A stretch of DNA of 64,000 nucleotides from Pseudomonadota bacterium (GTDB lineage Bacteria > Pseudomonadota > Gammaproteobacteria > Burkholderiales > Rhodocyclaceae), in assembly GCA_021782315.1 (NCBI GenBank), contig JAJXVG010000001.1, forward strand, positions 26 to 64,025, in the 5' to 3' direction. The notes beneath the pieces were generated by a model that was not told the DNA's origin, did no database searches, and saw nothing but the letters and a program-made list of their open reading frames with translations. Shown here in pieces: positions 31,592 through 43,221 of the stretch. Position numbers and translations under genes: made by a program. Within the stretch, counting starts at the first letter, position 1, and the number at the start of each line of letters is the position of its first letter.

Positions 31592-33985
31592 GTGCGCATC
31601 AATACCTTGTTGATTACCGCCGTTTCGGTCGCCCTGACGCTGATAGCAGGCTTGGCGATTGCCAGTTGGCTGATGACGCTCAAGTTGGCGGAAATTACCG
31701 ATCAAAAGGATCGTGCGCTCTTGGTGAACCGCAGCGTTTCCGAACTCATGGTGCTGACCCAGGAATACGCATTGCACGGTGAATTGCGCGCGGCACAGCA
31801 GTGGCAAAGGCGTCACGCCACACTGCTCGAATCGATTGGCATGGTCGATCGGAACGGCGCGGGACTGCCGCCCGAAGCACGCGCCCATGCGGAATCGCTG
31901 GCGGTTATCTTCGAGCGGCTTGAGGAGGTCATGCAAGGAGCGACGACAGACGACATGAGACAGCAACGTATCCAGTTGCTGCTCGATCAATTGCTGGTCA
32001 ACACCCAGGCCCTGAACGACCTAAGCCGTCGCTGGGGCGATGCGACGGCCGCCAGGAGACTCGATATCGAGCGTCAGTTCCGCATTCTGTCCTTCGCCGT
32101 CCCCGGGATCATGCTGCTGATCCTGCTTTCCCTGGCCGCACTGCTCGTATACCGCGTACTACGTCCGATGGCCAAGCTTCACGCCGCGGTGACCGCTGTT
32201 TCGAAAGGCGACCTGTCGGTACGCAGCGCCAGCAACGCCCAGGACGAAATTGGCGATCTGTCGCGCACCTTCGATGCAATGGCAGTCGATATGGTTTCCG
32301 AACTTCGCAAGGAGATCGCCGAACGCCGGAAAGTGGAAGCTCAACTGACCGAAAAGCAAATTTACCTAAGCACCATCGTCGAAACCGAACCCGAATGCGT
32401 CAAGTTGCTCGATCTGGATGGCAGGCTCCTTCAGATGAACCGGGCAGGTCTCGACATGATCGAAGCGGACAACATCGATCAGGTACGAGGTCATCCGGTC
32501 GTCAATATCGTTTCCTCCAAACACCGGGCCGCCTTCTTCGCCTTGAACGAGCGAGTCGGTCGCGGCGAATCGGGTTCGCTCGAGTTCATGATCGAAGGAC
32601 TCAAAGGCAGCCATCGCTGGCTGGAGACCCATGCCGTACCCATGCGTGACGGTAGCGGTGCAATCACCGGGCTGCTCGGCATCACACGCGACATTACCGA
32701 GAAAAAGGCGGCAGACGAGGAACTTGAACAGCATCGCCATCATCTCGAAGAATTGGTGGAAGCCAGAACTGCCGAACTGATCGTCGCCAAGGAGGCGGCC
32801 GAAGGGGCGAACCGCGCCAAGAGCACCTTCCTGGCCAACATGAGCCACGAGTTGCGAACGCCGATGAACGCCATCATGGGAATCACCGGTATGGCACTGC
32901 GTCACGCCTCCGATCCCAGGCTCAGGGAGCAGTTGGGGAAAATCGACCATGCTTCCCGGCATCTGCTCGCCATCATCAACGATGTGCTCGATCTTTCCAG
33001 GATCGAGGCCGAGCGGCTCGCCCTGGAGTCCAACAAATTCGTGCTGGACGATATACTGAACACACTCGACAGCCTGATCGGCCATAAAGCCCTTGAAAAG
33101 GGCCTGGAACTGCGCATCGAAGCCTCCCCGGCCCTGACCCGCTTGGCACTGCGAGGCGATTCCATGCGACTCGAGCAGATTCTCTTCAATCTTGCCGGCA
33201 ATGCCGTCAAGTTTACCGAAGCGGGAGCAATCACCATACGCATCTGTCCGGTCGAGGATTATCCGAGCGAGTTGCTCTTGCGCTTTGAAGTTCAGGATAC
33301 CGGGATCGGCATCTCGCCCGACGCGCAGCAACGGATCTTCACCGCCTTCGAACAGGCCGACGGGTCGATGACCCGAAAATTCGGCGGCACCGGTCTGGGG
33401 CTGGCCATCAGCAAGCGATTGGTCAAACTCATGGACGGAGACATCGGCGTAAACAGCCTGCCCGGTACAGGCAGTACCTTCTGGTTCACCGTCCGTCTGG
33501 CCAAGGCGTCCGGCGACATGAACCCAACCTCGTCGCCACCGGAATCGCCCGGATCTACTGCCGCCGAAAAATTGCTGGCGCACCATGCCGGTAGCCGCAT
33601 CCTGCTCGTCGAAGACGAACCGATCAACCAGGAAGTGTCGCGCGAACTCCTGGAAGAAGTCGGACTGGCGATTGACGTCGCCGACGATGGTGAGATTGCG
33701 GTCGCCATGGCGAAACAGGATGCCTACGACCTGATCCTGATGGACATGCAAATGCCGAATCTAAACGGCCTGGATGCAACGCGGGCTATTCGCGGTCTGG
33801 CGGCCTATGCGGCAACGCCTATCCTGGCCATGACCGCCAATGCCTTCGATGAAGACCGGCAGGTTTGCATCGCCGCCGGCATGAACGACCACATCGGCAA
33901 ACCGGTCGATCCCGAAAAACTCTACCAGACATTGTTGCAGTGGCTATCGGCCAACGCCGGGGGAGGGGGCGACCCGGCAAGATGA
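31592..33985 (+). CDS. Hybrid sensor kinase (2TM-HAMP-PAS-HisKA-HATPase-REC)
   Basis: DEIGDL (HAMP), [26 protein letters not shown]. Confidence 0.9.
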   Translation: MRINTLLITAVSVALTLIAGLAIASWLMTLKLAEITDQKDRALLVNRSVSELMVLTQEYALHGELRAAQQWQRRHATLLESIGMVDRNGAGLPPEARAHAESLAVIFERLEEVMQGATTDDMRQQRIQLLLDQLLVNTQALNDLSRRWGDATAARRLDIERQFRILSFAVPGIMLLILLSLAALLVYRVLRPMAKLHAAVTAVSKGDLSVRSASNAQDEIGDLSRTFDAMAVDMVSELRKEIAERRKVEAQLTEKQIYLSTIVETEPECVKLLDLDGRLLQMNRAGLDMIEADNIDQVRGHPVVNIVSSKHRAAFFALNERVGRGESGSLEFMIEGLKGSHRWLETHAVPMRDGSGAITGLLGITRDITEKKAADEELEQHRHHLEELVEARTAELIVAKEAAEGANRAKSTFLANMSHELRTPMNAIMGITGMALRHASDPRLREQLGKIDHASRHLLAIINDVLDLSRIEAERLALESNKFVLDDILNTLDSLIGHKALEKGLELRIEASPALTRLALRGDSMRLEQILFNLAGNAVKFTEAGAITIRICPVEDYPSELLLRFEVQDTGIGISPDAQQRIFTAFEQADGSMTRKFGGTGLGLAISKRLVKLMDGDIGVNSLPGTGSTFWFTVRLAKASGDMNPTSSPPESPGSTAAEKLLAHHAGSRILLVEDEPINQEVSRELLEEVGLAIDVADDGEIAVAMAKQDAYDLILMDMQMPNLNGLDATRAIRGLAAYAATPILAMTANAFDEDRQVCIAAGMNDHIGKPVDPEKLYQTLLQWLSANAGGGGDPAR

Positions 33986-36900
33986 CCGATCACCGGAATA
34001 TTGCTTCTGCCCAATCCGCTTTATTGCCCGGCGAAGGCTTGCCGCGCTTCTGGACAGCGAAAGCGGCAATCATCTATATCCTGCTTGGCGGACTCGCTTT
34101 GTCGCTCGCCATACCGCCCGGGTACGTCAGCCCGGTATTTCCCGCCACCGGTTTCGCCCTGGCTGTCACGCTGTTATACGGCTACCGCTCGCTACCGGGA
34201 ATCTGGCTCGGCTCGCTGCTGTTCAATCTCGGCATCGCACTTTTCCACCATACCCTGTCGACGCCCTCGCTATTTGCCGCGATGGGCATCGCCAGCGGCG
34301 CATGCGGGCAGGCCTGGCTGGGCCGGGCGCTGATCTGTCGCTGGTCCCGGGAAAAGTGGCGGCGACTGGAACAGGAACGGGACGTGCTCTGCCTTCTGTT
34401 CCTGGGGGGGCCGCTGGCTTGCTGGGTAGCGGCAAGCACCGGTATCACCAGTCTTGGCATCGCCGGAATCATTCCTTTTGAGATGTCCGGTTTTGCCTGG
34501 TGGAACTGGTACGTCGGCGATACCCTTGGCGTGCTGCTGGTTGCCCCCCTGTGCATCGGCCTGTTGCAGCACGGCGACCCTGTCTGGCAGGCGCGGCTCA
34601 AGACCATGGCCCTGTCCGTCGTGGCGCTTATCGCACTGGTCTCTGCTGCCGTCTTCACGGCAACGACTTGGGAGGCTTCGGCGCAAAACGACGCGCTCGA
34701 AGAGCATGGCCGGACGATCGCCCATGATCTCGACGTCCGCTTTGCCTCGCACCGCGAGGCGCTTGCCTCGCTGGCCCGTCTCATCGAAATAACCCCCGAC
34801 CTCGGTCCAAGCCAATTCGAACACTTTACCGAAGCAATACTGCGCGACCATGCCGATGTCTTTGCCTTGAGTTTCAACCCATATGTCACAGAGGCCCAGC
34901 GGCCGGCATTCGAAGAAAGAATGGCCATGCTCGCGCCGGGGGAACACTTCGAAATCAAAGAACGAGACGAGCAGCGGCATCTCGTGCGGGCCGGCGACCG
35001 CTCCGACTATGTGGCGGTAAGTTACATCAGTCCACTGGAAGGCAATCTCCAGGCCATTGGCTTCGATATCCAGTCCGAGCCGCTACGCCGCGACGCCATA
35101 CGACGCGCCCGTCTGTCGGGCGGCGCCGCAGCGACCGCCCCCATCCGCCTGGTGCAGGAAGCCAGGGAAAGGGCGGGGGTGTTGATTCTGATCCCGGCTT
35201 TCGACGATCGCCACGCAATGACAGACAAGCCGGCAAGTCGCCTGATCGGTTTCGCGGTTGCCGTGCTCAAGGTCGATGAGCTGGTCGACATCGCAACCCA
35301 CGGCAGCCTGGACCCCGGGCTGATCATCGAACTCAGCGACCCGGCGGCCCAAACCGAGCACACCCTGCTCTACCGGTCGGCACATGGCGTTTCTGTCGCG
35401 CCAGGCACTCCAATGTGGACGACTGGCCTGACGGTGGCCGATCGGACATGGGTGCTGCGCGTTATTCCGACGGCGGAATACGTCAGACAGCACCGTTCCT
35501 GGATGGCCTGGGCAGTCGGTGTGCTTAGCCTGGTTTTCGCCGCCCTGTTGCAGATCCTGCTCCTGGTGATTACCGCCCGCGTCGCGGTGGTGCAGCGCCG
35601 CGTCGACGAACAGACCCTGGAAATCCGAGCCCAGAGCGAAGCACTGACCATGAGCGAAGAGCGTTATCGTTCGGTGGTCAACAGCCTGAAGGAAGTGGTC
35701 TTTCAGACCGATGCGCACGGCCTGTGGACCTTCCTCAACCCGGCCTGGACGGAAGTCACCGGTTTCCTGGTGCAGGAAAGCATGGGCAGGTTTTTCGGCG
35801 ATTACGTTTACCCCGACGACCGCCGGGACAACAAGGAGATGTTTGAGCAGTTGATCCAGGGCAGGAAAAATTATTGCCACCATGAGATACGCTACCTTCA
35901 TCGCGACGACGGTTTTCGCTGGATCGAGGTCTTTGCCCGTCCGGCGATCGACGCCAACGGCGACATCACCGGTACGGCAGGAACCTTGAACGACATCACC
36001 GAACGCCGAGCCTACGAGGAAGGACTGCGACGGTCCACGGAAGAACTCGAGCACCACCGCGATCATCTCGAAGAACTGGTCGAGGCGAGAACACTGGATC
36101 TTTCCATCGCCAAGGATGCGGCGGATATCGCCAACCGGGCAAAAAGCGCCTTCCTGGCCAACATGAGCCACGAGATACGGACGCCGCTCAATGCCATTTC
36201 CGGCATGACGCACCTGATGCGCCGTGACGGTGTCACCATCGAGCAGGAAGATCGCCTGGCCAAGATCGAGACGGCCAGCCACCACCTGCTGGAAGTCATC
36301 AATGCCATCCTCGATCTATCCAAGATCGAGGCCGAGAAATTCATTCTGGAAGATGCCGAGCTTCACATCGGCGCCCTGCTCGCCAACGTCGTCTCCATGT
36401 TCCATGAGCGCGCCGCCGCCAAGCAAATCACCATCGTCTGCGAAGTCGCCCCGTCCGTCGGCTACCTGCGCGGCGACCCGACCCGCCTGCAACAGGCTCT
36501 GATCAATTACGTCGGCAATGCGGTCAAATTTACCGATCACGGGCAAATCACCCTGCGCGTGCTGGTCGCCGACGAAGAACCGGCCAGCATGCTGATCCGT
36601 TTTGAAGTGAGCGACACCGGCATCGGCATCGAAACCGATGCCTTACAACGTTTGTTCACCACCTTCGAGCAGGCGGACAACTCGACCACCCGGCAGTACG
36701 GCGGCACCGGCCTGGGCCTCGCCGTCACCAAGAAACTGGCCGAACTGATGGGCGGCGAAGTCGGCGTCGAAAGCAGGCCGGGCAGTGGCAGCACCTTCTG
36801 GTTCACCGCTCGTTTGAAACGGGCGGCCGATCAGGGAAAAGCCAGCCCGGCGGCGCCGGTTGCCTCAGTCGAAACCCAGTTGCAGGATCGCTGTGCCGGA

Positions 36901-37269
36901 AGGCGCATCCTGCTGGCGGAAGATGAGCCGATCAATCGGGAAGTGACCCTGGGACTCCTTGAGGACGTCGGGCTGAGTATCGACATCGCCGAAAATGGCC
37001 TGGATGCCGTCGAGCAGGTCAGGCATCAATCTTACGACCTGATCCTGATGGATATGCAGATGCCGAAAATGGACGGCTTGGAGGCGACCCGGCAGATTCG
37101 GTTGATGGACGGCGGAAAAAACGTGCCGATTCTCGCCATGACCGCCAATGCCTTTGCCGAAGACAAGACGAGATGCCTGGCCGCCGGCATGAACGATTTC
37201 ATCCCCAAGCCGGTCGATCCGGATCACCTCTTTGCCAGCCTCCTCAAATGGCTGGAAACGGCGCGTTGA
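33982..37269 (+). CDS. Hybrid sensor kinase (MASE1-CHASE-PAS-HisKA-HATPase-REC)
   Basis: SPVFPATG and WYVGDTLG (MASE1), [12 protein letters not shown] (CHASE), [15 protein letters not shown]; ATGA overlap with upstream kinase. Confidence 0.9.
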   Translation: MTDHRNIASAQSALLPGEGLPRFWTAKAAIIYILLGGLALSLAIPPGYVSPVFPATGFALAVTLLYGYRSLPGIWLGSLLFNLGIALFHHTLSTPSLFAAMGIASGACGQAWLGRALICRWSREKWRRLEQERDVLCLLFLGGPLACWVAASTGITSLGIAGIIPFEMSGFAWWNWYVGDTLGVLLVAPLCIGLLQHGDPVWQARLKTMALSVVALIALVSAAVFTATTWEASAQNDALEEHGRTIAHDLDVRFASHREALASLARLIEITPDLGPSQFEHFTEAILRDHADVFALSFNPYVTEAQRPAFEERMAMLAPGEHFEIKERDEQRHLVRAGDRSDYVAVSYISPLEGNLQAIGFDIQSEPLRRDAIRRARLSGGAAATAPIRLVQEARERAGVLILIPAFDDRHAMTDKPASRLIGFAVAVLKVDELVDIATHGSLDPGLIIELSDPAAQTEHTLLYRSAHGVSVAPGTPMWTTGLTVADRTWVLRVIPTAEYVRQHRSWMAWAVGVLSLVFAALLQILLLVITARVAVVQRRVDEQTLEIRAQSEALTMSEERYRSVVNSLKEVVFQTDAHGLWTFLNPAWTEVTGFLVQESMGRFFGDYVYPDDRRDNKEMFEQLIQGRKNYCHHEIRYLHRDDGFRWIEVFARPAIDANGDITGTAGTLNDITERRAYEEGLRRSTEELEHHRDHLEELVEARTLDLSIAKDAADIANRAKSAFLANMSHEIRTPLNAISGMTHLMRRDGVTIEQEDRLAKIETASHHLLEVINAILDLSKIEAEKFILEDAELHIGALLANVVSMFHERAAAKQITIVCEVAPSVGYLRGDPTRLQQALINYVGNAVKFTDHGQITLRVLVADEEPASMLIRFEVSDTGIGIETDALQRLFTTFEQADNSTTRQYGGTGLGLAVTKKLAELMGGEVGVESRPGSGSTFWFTARLKRAADQGKASPAAPVASVETQLQDRCAGRRILLAEDEPINREVTLGLLEDVGLSIDIAENGLDAVEQVRHQSYDLILMDMQMPKMDGLEATRQIRLMDGGKNVPILAMTANAFAEDKTRCLAAGMNDFIPKPVDPDHLFASLLKWLETAR

Positions 37270-37437
37270 GGACAGAAACCGGGACAGCCCGCCCGGCTCC
37301 GGCCAAAGGATCTAGTGCTCAAGTCTGATAAGCGCCTGACCACCTGCAAGCTCGAAGTGGAAAGGCGATGCCGAGTTTTCTGGCGGCTTGTTCGGCCTGC
37401 TTTTTCCAAGCCGCTGTAAACAATGGGCTTTGCTTTC

Positions 37438-37453
37438 TGGCCTGCTTGTTGCT
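37438..37453 (+). promoter_or_regulatory. Sigma-54 promoter of hyb operon
   Basis: TGGCCT-GCTTG-TTGCT, GG-N10-GC, 85 bp before hybO. Confidence 0.7.
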
Positions 37454-37538
37454 GATGGTCTGTCCATAAAACAAACGCCAGGTCCCCAGCAGAGAGGGTG
37501 TGCCGGTCACCGACCGGTAGCAAAACAAGGGGAGATTC

Positions 37539-38723
37539 ATGGCCAAGCAAAATTTGATTGCGCTGGAAGAGGATGATCGCATCGCGGCGGCAGCCGCGCG
37601 TTTGTCCATGGACCGGCGTGAGTTCCTGCAATTCTGCGCCGCGCTGGCGACGACACTGGGACTGCCGCAAGGGGCGGACGCCGCAGTGGCCGAAGCGGTG
37701 GCGACCAAGAAGCGGCCGAGCGTCATCTGGCTGCATTTCCAGGAATGCACGGGATGCACCGAGTCCATCCTGCGCGCCGAGCATCCGACGCTGGAAAAGC
37801 TGATTCTCGACGTCATCTCGCTCGATTATCACGAAACCCTGTTCGCGGCGGCCGGCCATCAGGTCGAAGCCGCTCGTCGAACGGCAATGGCCGAGAACAA
37901 GGGCCAGTACATCCTGGTCGTCGAAGGCGCCATTCCGACGCGTGACAACGGCATCTACTGCAAGATCGGCGGCAAGACGGCCATCGAACTGCTCACCGAA
38001 TGCGCGGCCGACGCGGCGGCGGTAATCGCCATCGGTTCCTGCGCCTCCTGGGGCGGCATGCCGTCGACCGATCCGAATCCAACCGGCGCCAGGGGGGTAG
38101 ACAAGATACTCGGCAAGCCGGTGGTCACCATTCCCGGTTGCCCGCCCAATCCCTACAATTTCCTGTCTACGGTCGTCCATTTCCTGACCTTCGGCAAACT
38201 GCCCGAGGTCGACCACCTGGGTCGACCGAAATTCGCCTACTCCAGGCTGATTCACGAAAACTGCGAACGTCGCGCCCACTTCGACGCCGGCCGCTTTGCC
38301 ATGGAATTCGGCGACGAAGGGCACCGCAAGGGCCATTGTCTATATAAACTGGGATGCAAGGGGCCGGAAACCTATGCCAATTGCTCGGTGATCATGTTCG
38401 GCGATGCCGGCGCCGGTACCTGGCCGGTCGCCTGCGGCCACCCGTGTATCGGCTGCACCGAGCAGGGCGTCGGCTTCAGCAAGCCGATCCATACCGTCGC
38501 CAAGCTGAAGAATATCGAACCTTCGGCCTTCCTGCCGCGTATCTCGGAGGAAAAGGGAATAGGCGCCACTCTCGGCTCGGCCGCGGTGCTCGCCGCCGTG
38601 GCTGGCGCTGCGGCGGGAGCCGGAGCCATGGCGGCCAAGAACCTCGGACTGTCGCACAAGGCCGAGGAAATGGAGAAGGCAAAGCGGGAAGACAGCAAAG
38701 CCACCGAATCGACGGAGGTCTGA
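37539..38723 (+). CDS. hybO: Hydrogenase-2-type small subunit HybO
   Basis: Tat DRREFLQF, QECTGCTES (standard proximal cluster), LIHENCERR, GHPCIGC, TM anchor. Confidence 0.92.
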   Translation: MAKQNLIALEEDDRIAAAAARLSMDRREFLQFCAALATTLGLPQGADAAVAEAVATKKRPSVIWLHFQECTGCTESILRAEHPTLEKLILDVISLDYHETLFAAAGHQVEAARRTAMAENKGQYILVVEGAIPTRDNGIYCKIGGKTAIELLTECAADAAAVIAIGSCASWGGMPSTDPNPTGARGVDKILGKPVVTIPGCPPNPYNFLSTVVHFLTFGKLPEVDHLGRPKFAYSRLIHENCERRAHFDAGRFAMEFGDEGHRKGHCLYKLGCKGPETYANCSVIMFGDAGAGTWPVACGHPCIGCTEQGVGFSKPIHTVAKLKNIEPSAFLPRISEEKGIGATLGSAAVLAAVAGAAAGAGAMAAKNLGLSHKAEEMEKAKREDSKATESTEV

Positions 38724-38724
38724 G

Positions 38725-39780
38725 ATGACCACGAGACGCGATTTTCTGAGAGGCTGCCTGGCCGGCAGTGCAGCGGCGGCGACTGCCGTCCTGCCCGAAA
38801 CGGCCTGCGCCCGCGATACCCTGCAGCGGCCGCCGGAAGCGCTCGGCCTGCTCTACGACGCCACCCTGTGCGTCGGCTGCCAGGCCTGCGTCGCCGCCTG
38901 CAAGCGGGTTAACGAAAACCCGGCCGAATTCACGACGGTTGACCACCTGTGGGATACGCCGCTCGATACCTCCGGCCACACCTTCAACCTGATCAAGATG
39001 TATCGTCACGGCACGATGGCGACGAAGGATGCCGAGGAAAACGGCTTCTCCTTCATGAAGACCTCGTGCATGCATTGCGCGGACCCGTCGTGCGTCTCGG
39101 CCTGCCCGGTCTCGGCGATGACCAAGAATCCGCTAACCGGCATCGTCGGCTACGATCCGGATGCCTGCATCGGATGCCGCTACTGTGTGGCAGCCTGTCC
39201 GTTCGGTATTCCAAAATACCAGTACGATTCGCCGACCGGCAAGATCGGCAAGTGCGAACTGTGTCGGCATCGCCACCAGGACGGCCATTATTCCGCCTGT
39301 GCCGAGGTCTGCCCGACCGGCGCCACACTATTTGGCCGGACCGACGACTTGCTGGCCGAAGCGAAGCGCCGGCTATCCCTGAAACCGGGCGAGTGGACGA
39401 CGATACCGCGCGGCCGTCTGCGCCACGCCGGAGAAAAAGCACTGGCCGGCGGAGAAGACGGCAAGGGCGAGAAACATCGCCACGGCTGGCGCGACGAGCC
39501 CGACCAGAGTTACCAGGCGCAGCTTGGCAACTACCTGCAGCATGTCTATGGCGAAACCGAATACGGCGGCACGCAAGTGCTCAAGCTGTCGGCCGTCAAC
39601 TTTCAGAAAGTCGGGCTACCCGACCTGCCGCCGAAATCCTCGGCGGCGACATCGGAAACCATCCAACACACGCTGTACGGCGGCCTGGTCATGCCGATCG
39701 TCGTGCTCGCCGGCCTGACCTGGGTCGCCAGGCGCAACGTGGTGCCTGAAGCGGATGAAGAGAAGGGAGGGCAGCCATGA
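38725..39780 (+). CDS. hybA: Hydrogenase-2 Fe-S subunit HybA
   Basis: Tat TRRDFL, four 4Fe-4S Cys motifs, SETIQHTLY, C-terminal TM. Confidence 0.92.
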   Translation: MTTRRDFLRGCLAGSAAAATAVLPETACARDTLQRPPEALGLLYDATLCVGCQACVAACKRVNENPAEFTTVDHLWDTPLDTSGHTFNLIKMYRHGTMATKDAEENGFSFMKTSCMHCADPSCVSACPVSAMTKNPLTGIVGYDPDACIGCRYCVAACPFGIPKYQYDSPTGKIGKCELCRHRHQDGHYSACAEVCPTGATLFGRTDDLLAEAKRRLSLKPGEWTTIPRGRLRHAGEKALAGGEDGKGEKHRHGWRDEPDQSYQAQLGNYLQHVYGETEYGGTQVLKLSAVNFQKVGLPDLPPKSSAATSETIQHTLYGGLVMPIVVLAGLTWVARRNVVPEADEEKGGQP

Positions 39781-40937
39781 GCGGCCAACATGCCGCCGCC
39801 CCGGTGGGCGGCAAGCTGTTCAATGCGACGACGCTGATTTGCGGCGTGCTGATCGCCGCCATGATCGCAGTGCTCTTCGTCCGATTCATCTTCGGCCTCG
39901 GCGCGGTGACCAACCTCAACGACGGCTACCCGTGGGGTATCTGGGTCGTCTTCGACGTGGTCATCGGCTCGGCCTTCGCCTGTGGCGGCTTCTCCGTGGC
40001 GATGCTGGTCTACATCTTCAATCGGGGCCATTATCACCCCTTGGTCCGCCCAGCCCTGCTGGCCAGCCTGTTCGGCTACACCCTGGCCGGGGTCGGGGTA
40101 CTTTTCGACCTCGGCCGCTGGTGGAACTTCTGGCACATCCTGTGGCCGGGTTACGCCAATCCCCATTCGGTGATGTTCGAGGTGGCGGTCTGCATCTCGG
40201 CCTACATCACGGTAATGTGGATCGAGTTCTCACCGGTCTTCATGGAGCAGTGGGGTTTGCGGGTACAGCGGCGAAAACTGGAGAAGGTACTCTTCTTCTT
40301 CATCGCCCTCGGCACCCTGCTGCCGATGATGCACCAGTCCTCGCTGGGCACCCTGCTCGTCGTCATGGGACCGCAGGTCAATCCGCTCTGGCAAACCCCG
40401 GTCGTGCCGCTGCTCTATCTGCTCTCGGCCATCGCCATCGGCTACGGCATCGTGCTTTTCGAGTCCTGCCTCGCTGCCTCGGCCTACCGGCGCGAAATCG
40501 AAACGCACCTGCTGCAGCCGATGGCGAAAATCATGCTCGGCGTGCTGGCCGTCTTCATGCTCGTACGCTTCGGCGACCTGATCGTTCGCGGCGCCCTCGG
40601 TCATGCAATGAATCCCAGCCGGGAAGCCCTTTTCTTCTGGCTGGAAACAGTCTGCTTCGCCGCGCCTTTCCTGATCGTCGGCAAGCCCGCGGCGAGGCGA
40701 AATCCGGCCCGCTTGTTCCTGGCCGGTTGCGCCATCATGCTGGCCGGCATCCTGCTGCGCATCAACGGCTTCCTGATCGGCTACGACACCGGACTCGGCG
40801 TGGACAACGGCTGGAACTACTTTCCGAGCATCGCCGAAATGCTGGTCACCATCGGCATGTTCGCACTCGAGGTGCTCGGCTACATCATCATCACCCGCCG
40901 CTTCCCGGTGCTTTCCCGCACCGAAGCCGCCCACTGA
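39777..40937 (+). CDS. hybB: Hydrogenase-2 NrfD-family membrane subunit HybB
   Basis: NLNDGYPWGIW, DLGRWWN, MHQSSLG. Confidence 0.92.
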   Translation: MSGQHAAAPVGGKLFNATTLICGVLIAAMIAVLFVRFIFGLGAVTNLNDGYPWGIWVVFDVVIGSAFACGGFSVAMLVYIFNRGHYHPLVRPALLASLFGYTLAGVGVLFDLGRWWNFWHILWPGYANPHSVMFEVAVCISAYITVMWIEFSPVFMEQWGLRVQRRKLEKVLFFFIALGTLLPMMHQSSLGTLLVVMGPQVNPLWQTPVVPLLYLLSAIAIGYGIVLFESCLAASAYRREIETHLLQPMAKIMLGVLAVFMLVRFGDLIVRGALGHAMNPSREALFFWLETVCFAAPFLIVGKPAARRNPARLFLAGCAIMLAGILLRINGFLIGYDTGLGVDNGWNYFPSIAEMLVTIGMFALEVLGYIIITRRFPVLSRTEAAH

Positions 40938-40955
40938 ACTCAAGGGGAGAAGAGT

Positions 40956-42668
40956 ATGACCAAACGTGTGAGCATCGACCCGGTCACCCGCATCGAAGGC
41001 CATCTGCGCGTCGACGTCGAAGTAGATGGCGGCCGCGTCAAGAAGGCCTGGGCTTCCGGCCAGATGTGGCGCGGCGTCGAAAACATCCTGATCGGCCGAG
41101 ATCCGCGCGATGCCTGGGCGATCACCCAGCGCATCTGCGGCGTGTGCACCACGGTACATGCCATCGCCTCGGTACGCGCCGTCGAGAATGCCCTGCAGCT
41201 GGAAATCCCGGTCAACGCCCAGTACATCCGCAACATGATCATCCTGGCTCACGCCGTGCATGACCATATCGTGCATTTCTACCACCTCTCGGCCCTCGAT
41301 TGGGTAGACGTCGTCTCGGCGCTGAAGGCCGACCCCGACAAGGCGGCCAGCCTGGCGCAGGGGCTTTCCAACTGGAACGGCAACAGCAGGCAGGAATTCA
41401 AGAAGGTACAGGACCGCCTGAGTGGCTTCGTCGGCACCGGTCAACTCGGCATCTTTACCAACGGCTACTGGGGACACCCGGCCATGAAACTGTCGCCGGA
41501 AGTCAACCTGATGGCCACCGCTCACTATCTTCAGGCCCTGGATATTCAGCGTTATGCCAGCAAGATCGTCGCTGTTCTCGGCTCGAAGTCGCCACATATC
41601 CAGAACGTCGCAGTCGGCGGCGTAGCCAATCCGCTCGCCGTCGATGCGCAGTCGGTCCTTACTCTCGAACGCCTGCTGGCGATCAAGGAATGGATGCTCA
41701 AGCTGGAAGATTTCGTCAAGAACGTCTACCTGGTCGACGTCGGCGCCATCGGCGGTTTCTATGCCGACTGGACCAAGTACGGCCGGGGCATTACCGATTA
41801 CCTGTGCGTGCCGGACATTCCGCTCGACGGCAAGGGAACGAGTTTCGCGCTGCCCGGCGGTTTCATCGAGGGCGGCAAGCTGGACAGCTACAAGCCGATC
41901 AAGACCTTCGGCGACAAATATTTCACCGATGGCGTTTCCGAGGCGATCAAGCATTCCTGGTACGACTACGGCGCCGGCAACGACAAGTCGCTGCACCCGT
42001 ACAAGGGCGAAACGACGCCCAACTACACCGATTTCCAGGACGACGGCAAATACAGCTGGCTGAAATCGCCGACCTTCTACGGCAAGCCGATGCAGGTCGG
42101 CCCCCTGCCGCGCGTCCTGAACATGCTGGCGGCCGGCCACGAACCGACCAGGAAGTACGCGACGACAGCACTCGATCTGGTGTCGACGGTGGCCGGCGCC
42201 AAGATCGGCGTCGACGCCCTGCATTCGACCATCGGTCGCCATGCGGCACGGGCCGTCGGTTGCGCCGTGCAGGTCGACGAATTGATCGGGCAATGGGATC
42301 TTCTCCTTGCCAACATGGCCAAGGGCGACCTGAAGACTTTCAACAGGCCTGTTTTCCCCAAGGGCGAACAGATGGGCGTCGGCTTTCACGAGGCGCCCCG
42401 CGGCGTGCTCTCGCACTGGGTGGTCATCGATTCCGGCAAGATCACCAACTACCAGTGCGTCGTGCCGACCACCTGGAATGCCGCGCCACGCAACGAAAAG
42501 GACCAGCCCGGCGCCTACGAGGCCTGCCTCATCGACAATCCGGTCGCCGATCCGGAGAAGCCGCTCGAGGTGTTGCGCACCGTGCACTCCTTCGACCCCT
42601 GCCTGGCCTGCGCCGTGCATGTCGTTGACCAGGAGAACAATCCGGTGGTGACGGTGACGGCGGTTTGA
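40956..42668 (+). CDS. hybC: Hydrogenase-2 large subunit HybC
   Basis: DPVTRIEGH, QRICGVC, DPCLACAVH plus extension. Confidence 0.94.
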   Translation: MTKRVSIDPVTRIEGHLRVDVEVDGGRVKKAWASGQMWRGVENILIGRDPRDAWAITQRICGVCTTVHAIASVRAVENALQLEIPVNAQYIRNMIILAHAVHDHIVHFYHLSALDWVDVVSALKADPDKAASLAQGLSNWNGNSRQEFKKVQDRLSGFVGTGQLGIFTNGYWGHPAMKLSPEVNLMATAHYLQALDIQRYASKIVAVLGSKSPHIQNVAVGGVANPLAVDAQSVLTLERLLAIKEWMLKLEDFVKNVYLVDVGAIGGFYADWTKYGRGITDYLCVPDIPLDGKGTSFALPGGFIEGGKLDSYKPIKTFGDKYFTDGVSEAIKHSWYDYGAGNDKSLHPYKGETTPNYTDFQDDGKYSWLKSPTFYGKPMQVGPLPRVLNMLAAGHEPTRKYATTALDLVSTVAGAKIGVDALHSTIGRHAARAVGCAVQVDELIGQWDLLLANMAKGDLKTFNRPVFPKGEQMGVGFHEAPRGVLSHWVVIDSGKITNYQCVVPTTWNAAPRNEKDQPGAYEACLIDNPVADPEKPLEVLRTVHSFDPCLACAVHVVDQENNPVVTVTAV

Positions 42669-42738
42669 GCGGCATCGCGTCGAGGCCGGGAAGCCATCGC
42701 GTCCCGGTTTGTCTATTAACGGGCGGCCAACAAATCCT

Positions 42739-43221
42739 ATGACTAGAATTACAGTTCTCGGCATCGGCAACATTCTGCTCACCGACGAAGGCGTCGGTGT
42801 CCGCGTCATCGAACGGCTGGAGCAGGAATACGAACTGCCGCCGACGGTCGAGGTGATAGACGGCGGCACCTGCGGCATGGAAATGCTCGAACAACTCGAA
42901 GACCTCGACGGCCTGATCGTCGTCGACTGCGTCCGCAGCGGGCAGCCCCCGGCAAGCCCGGTACTGCTCAAGGGGGACGACGTGCCGGTCTTCTTCAAAA
43001 CCAAGTTGTCACCGCATCAGGTCGGCCTGTCGGATGTGCTGGCCAGTCTCGAACTTACCGGACGATCGCCGAAGTTCATAGCCATCGTCGGCATGCAACC
43101 GGTCAGCATGGCTCTCGGCATGGAATTGTCGCCGGCCGTCGCCGCACGCCTGCCCGAACTGCTGGCCATGACGCTGGCCGAACTGCGCCAGCTCGGCGTC
43201 GAAGCGAAGGTTCGCAACTGA
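42739..43221 (+). CDS. hybD: Hydrogenase-2 maturation protease HybD
   Basis: LGIGNILLTDEGVG, DGGT, KLSPHQ. Confidence 0.92.
   Translation: MTRITVLGIGNILLTDEGVGVRVIERLEQEYELPPTVEVIDGGTCGMEMLEQLEDLDGLIVVDCVRSGQPPASPVLLKGDDVPVFFKTKLSPHQVGLSDVLASLELTGRSPKFIAIVGMQPVSMALGMELSPAVAARLPELLAMTLAELRQLGVEAKVRN

Noticed and set aside
40956-42668. Selenocysteine ([NiFeSe]) recoding in large subunits
   Set aside because: All ligand positions are normal Cys codons with no in-frame TGA
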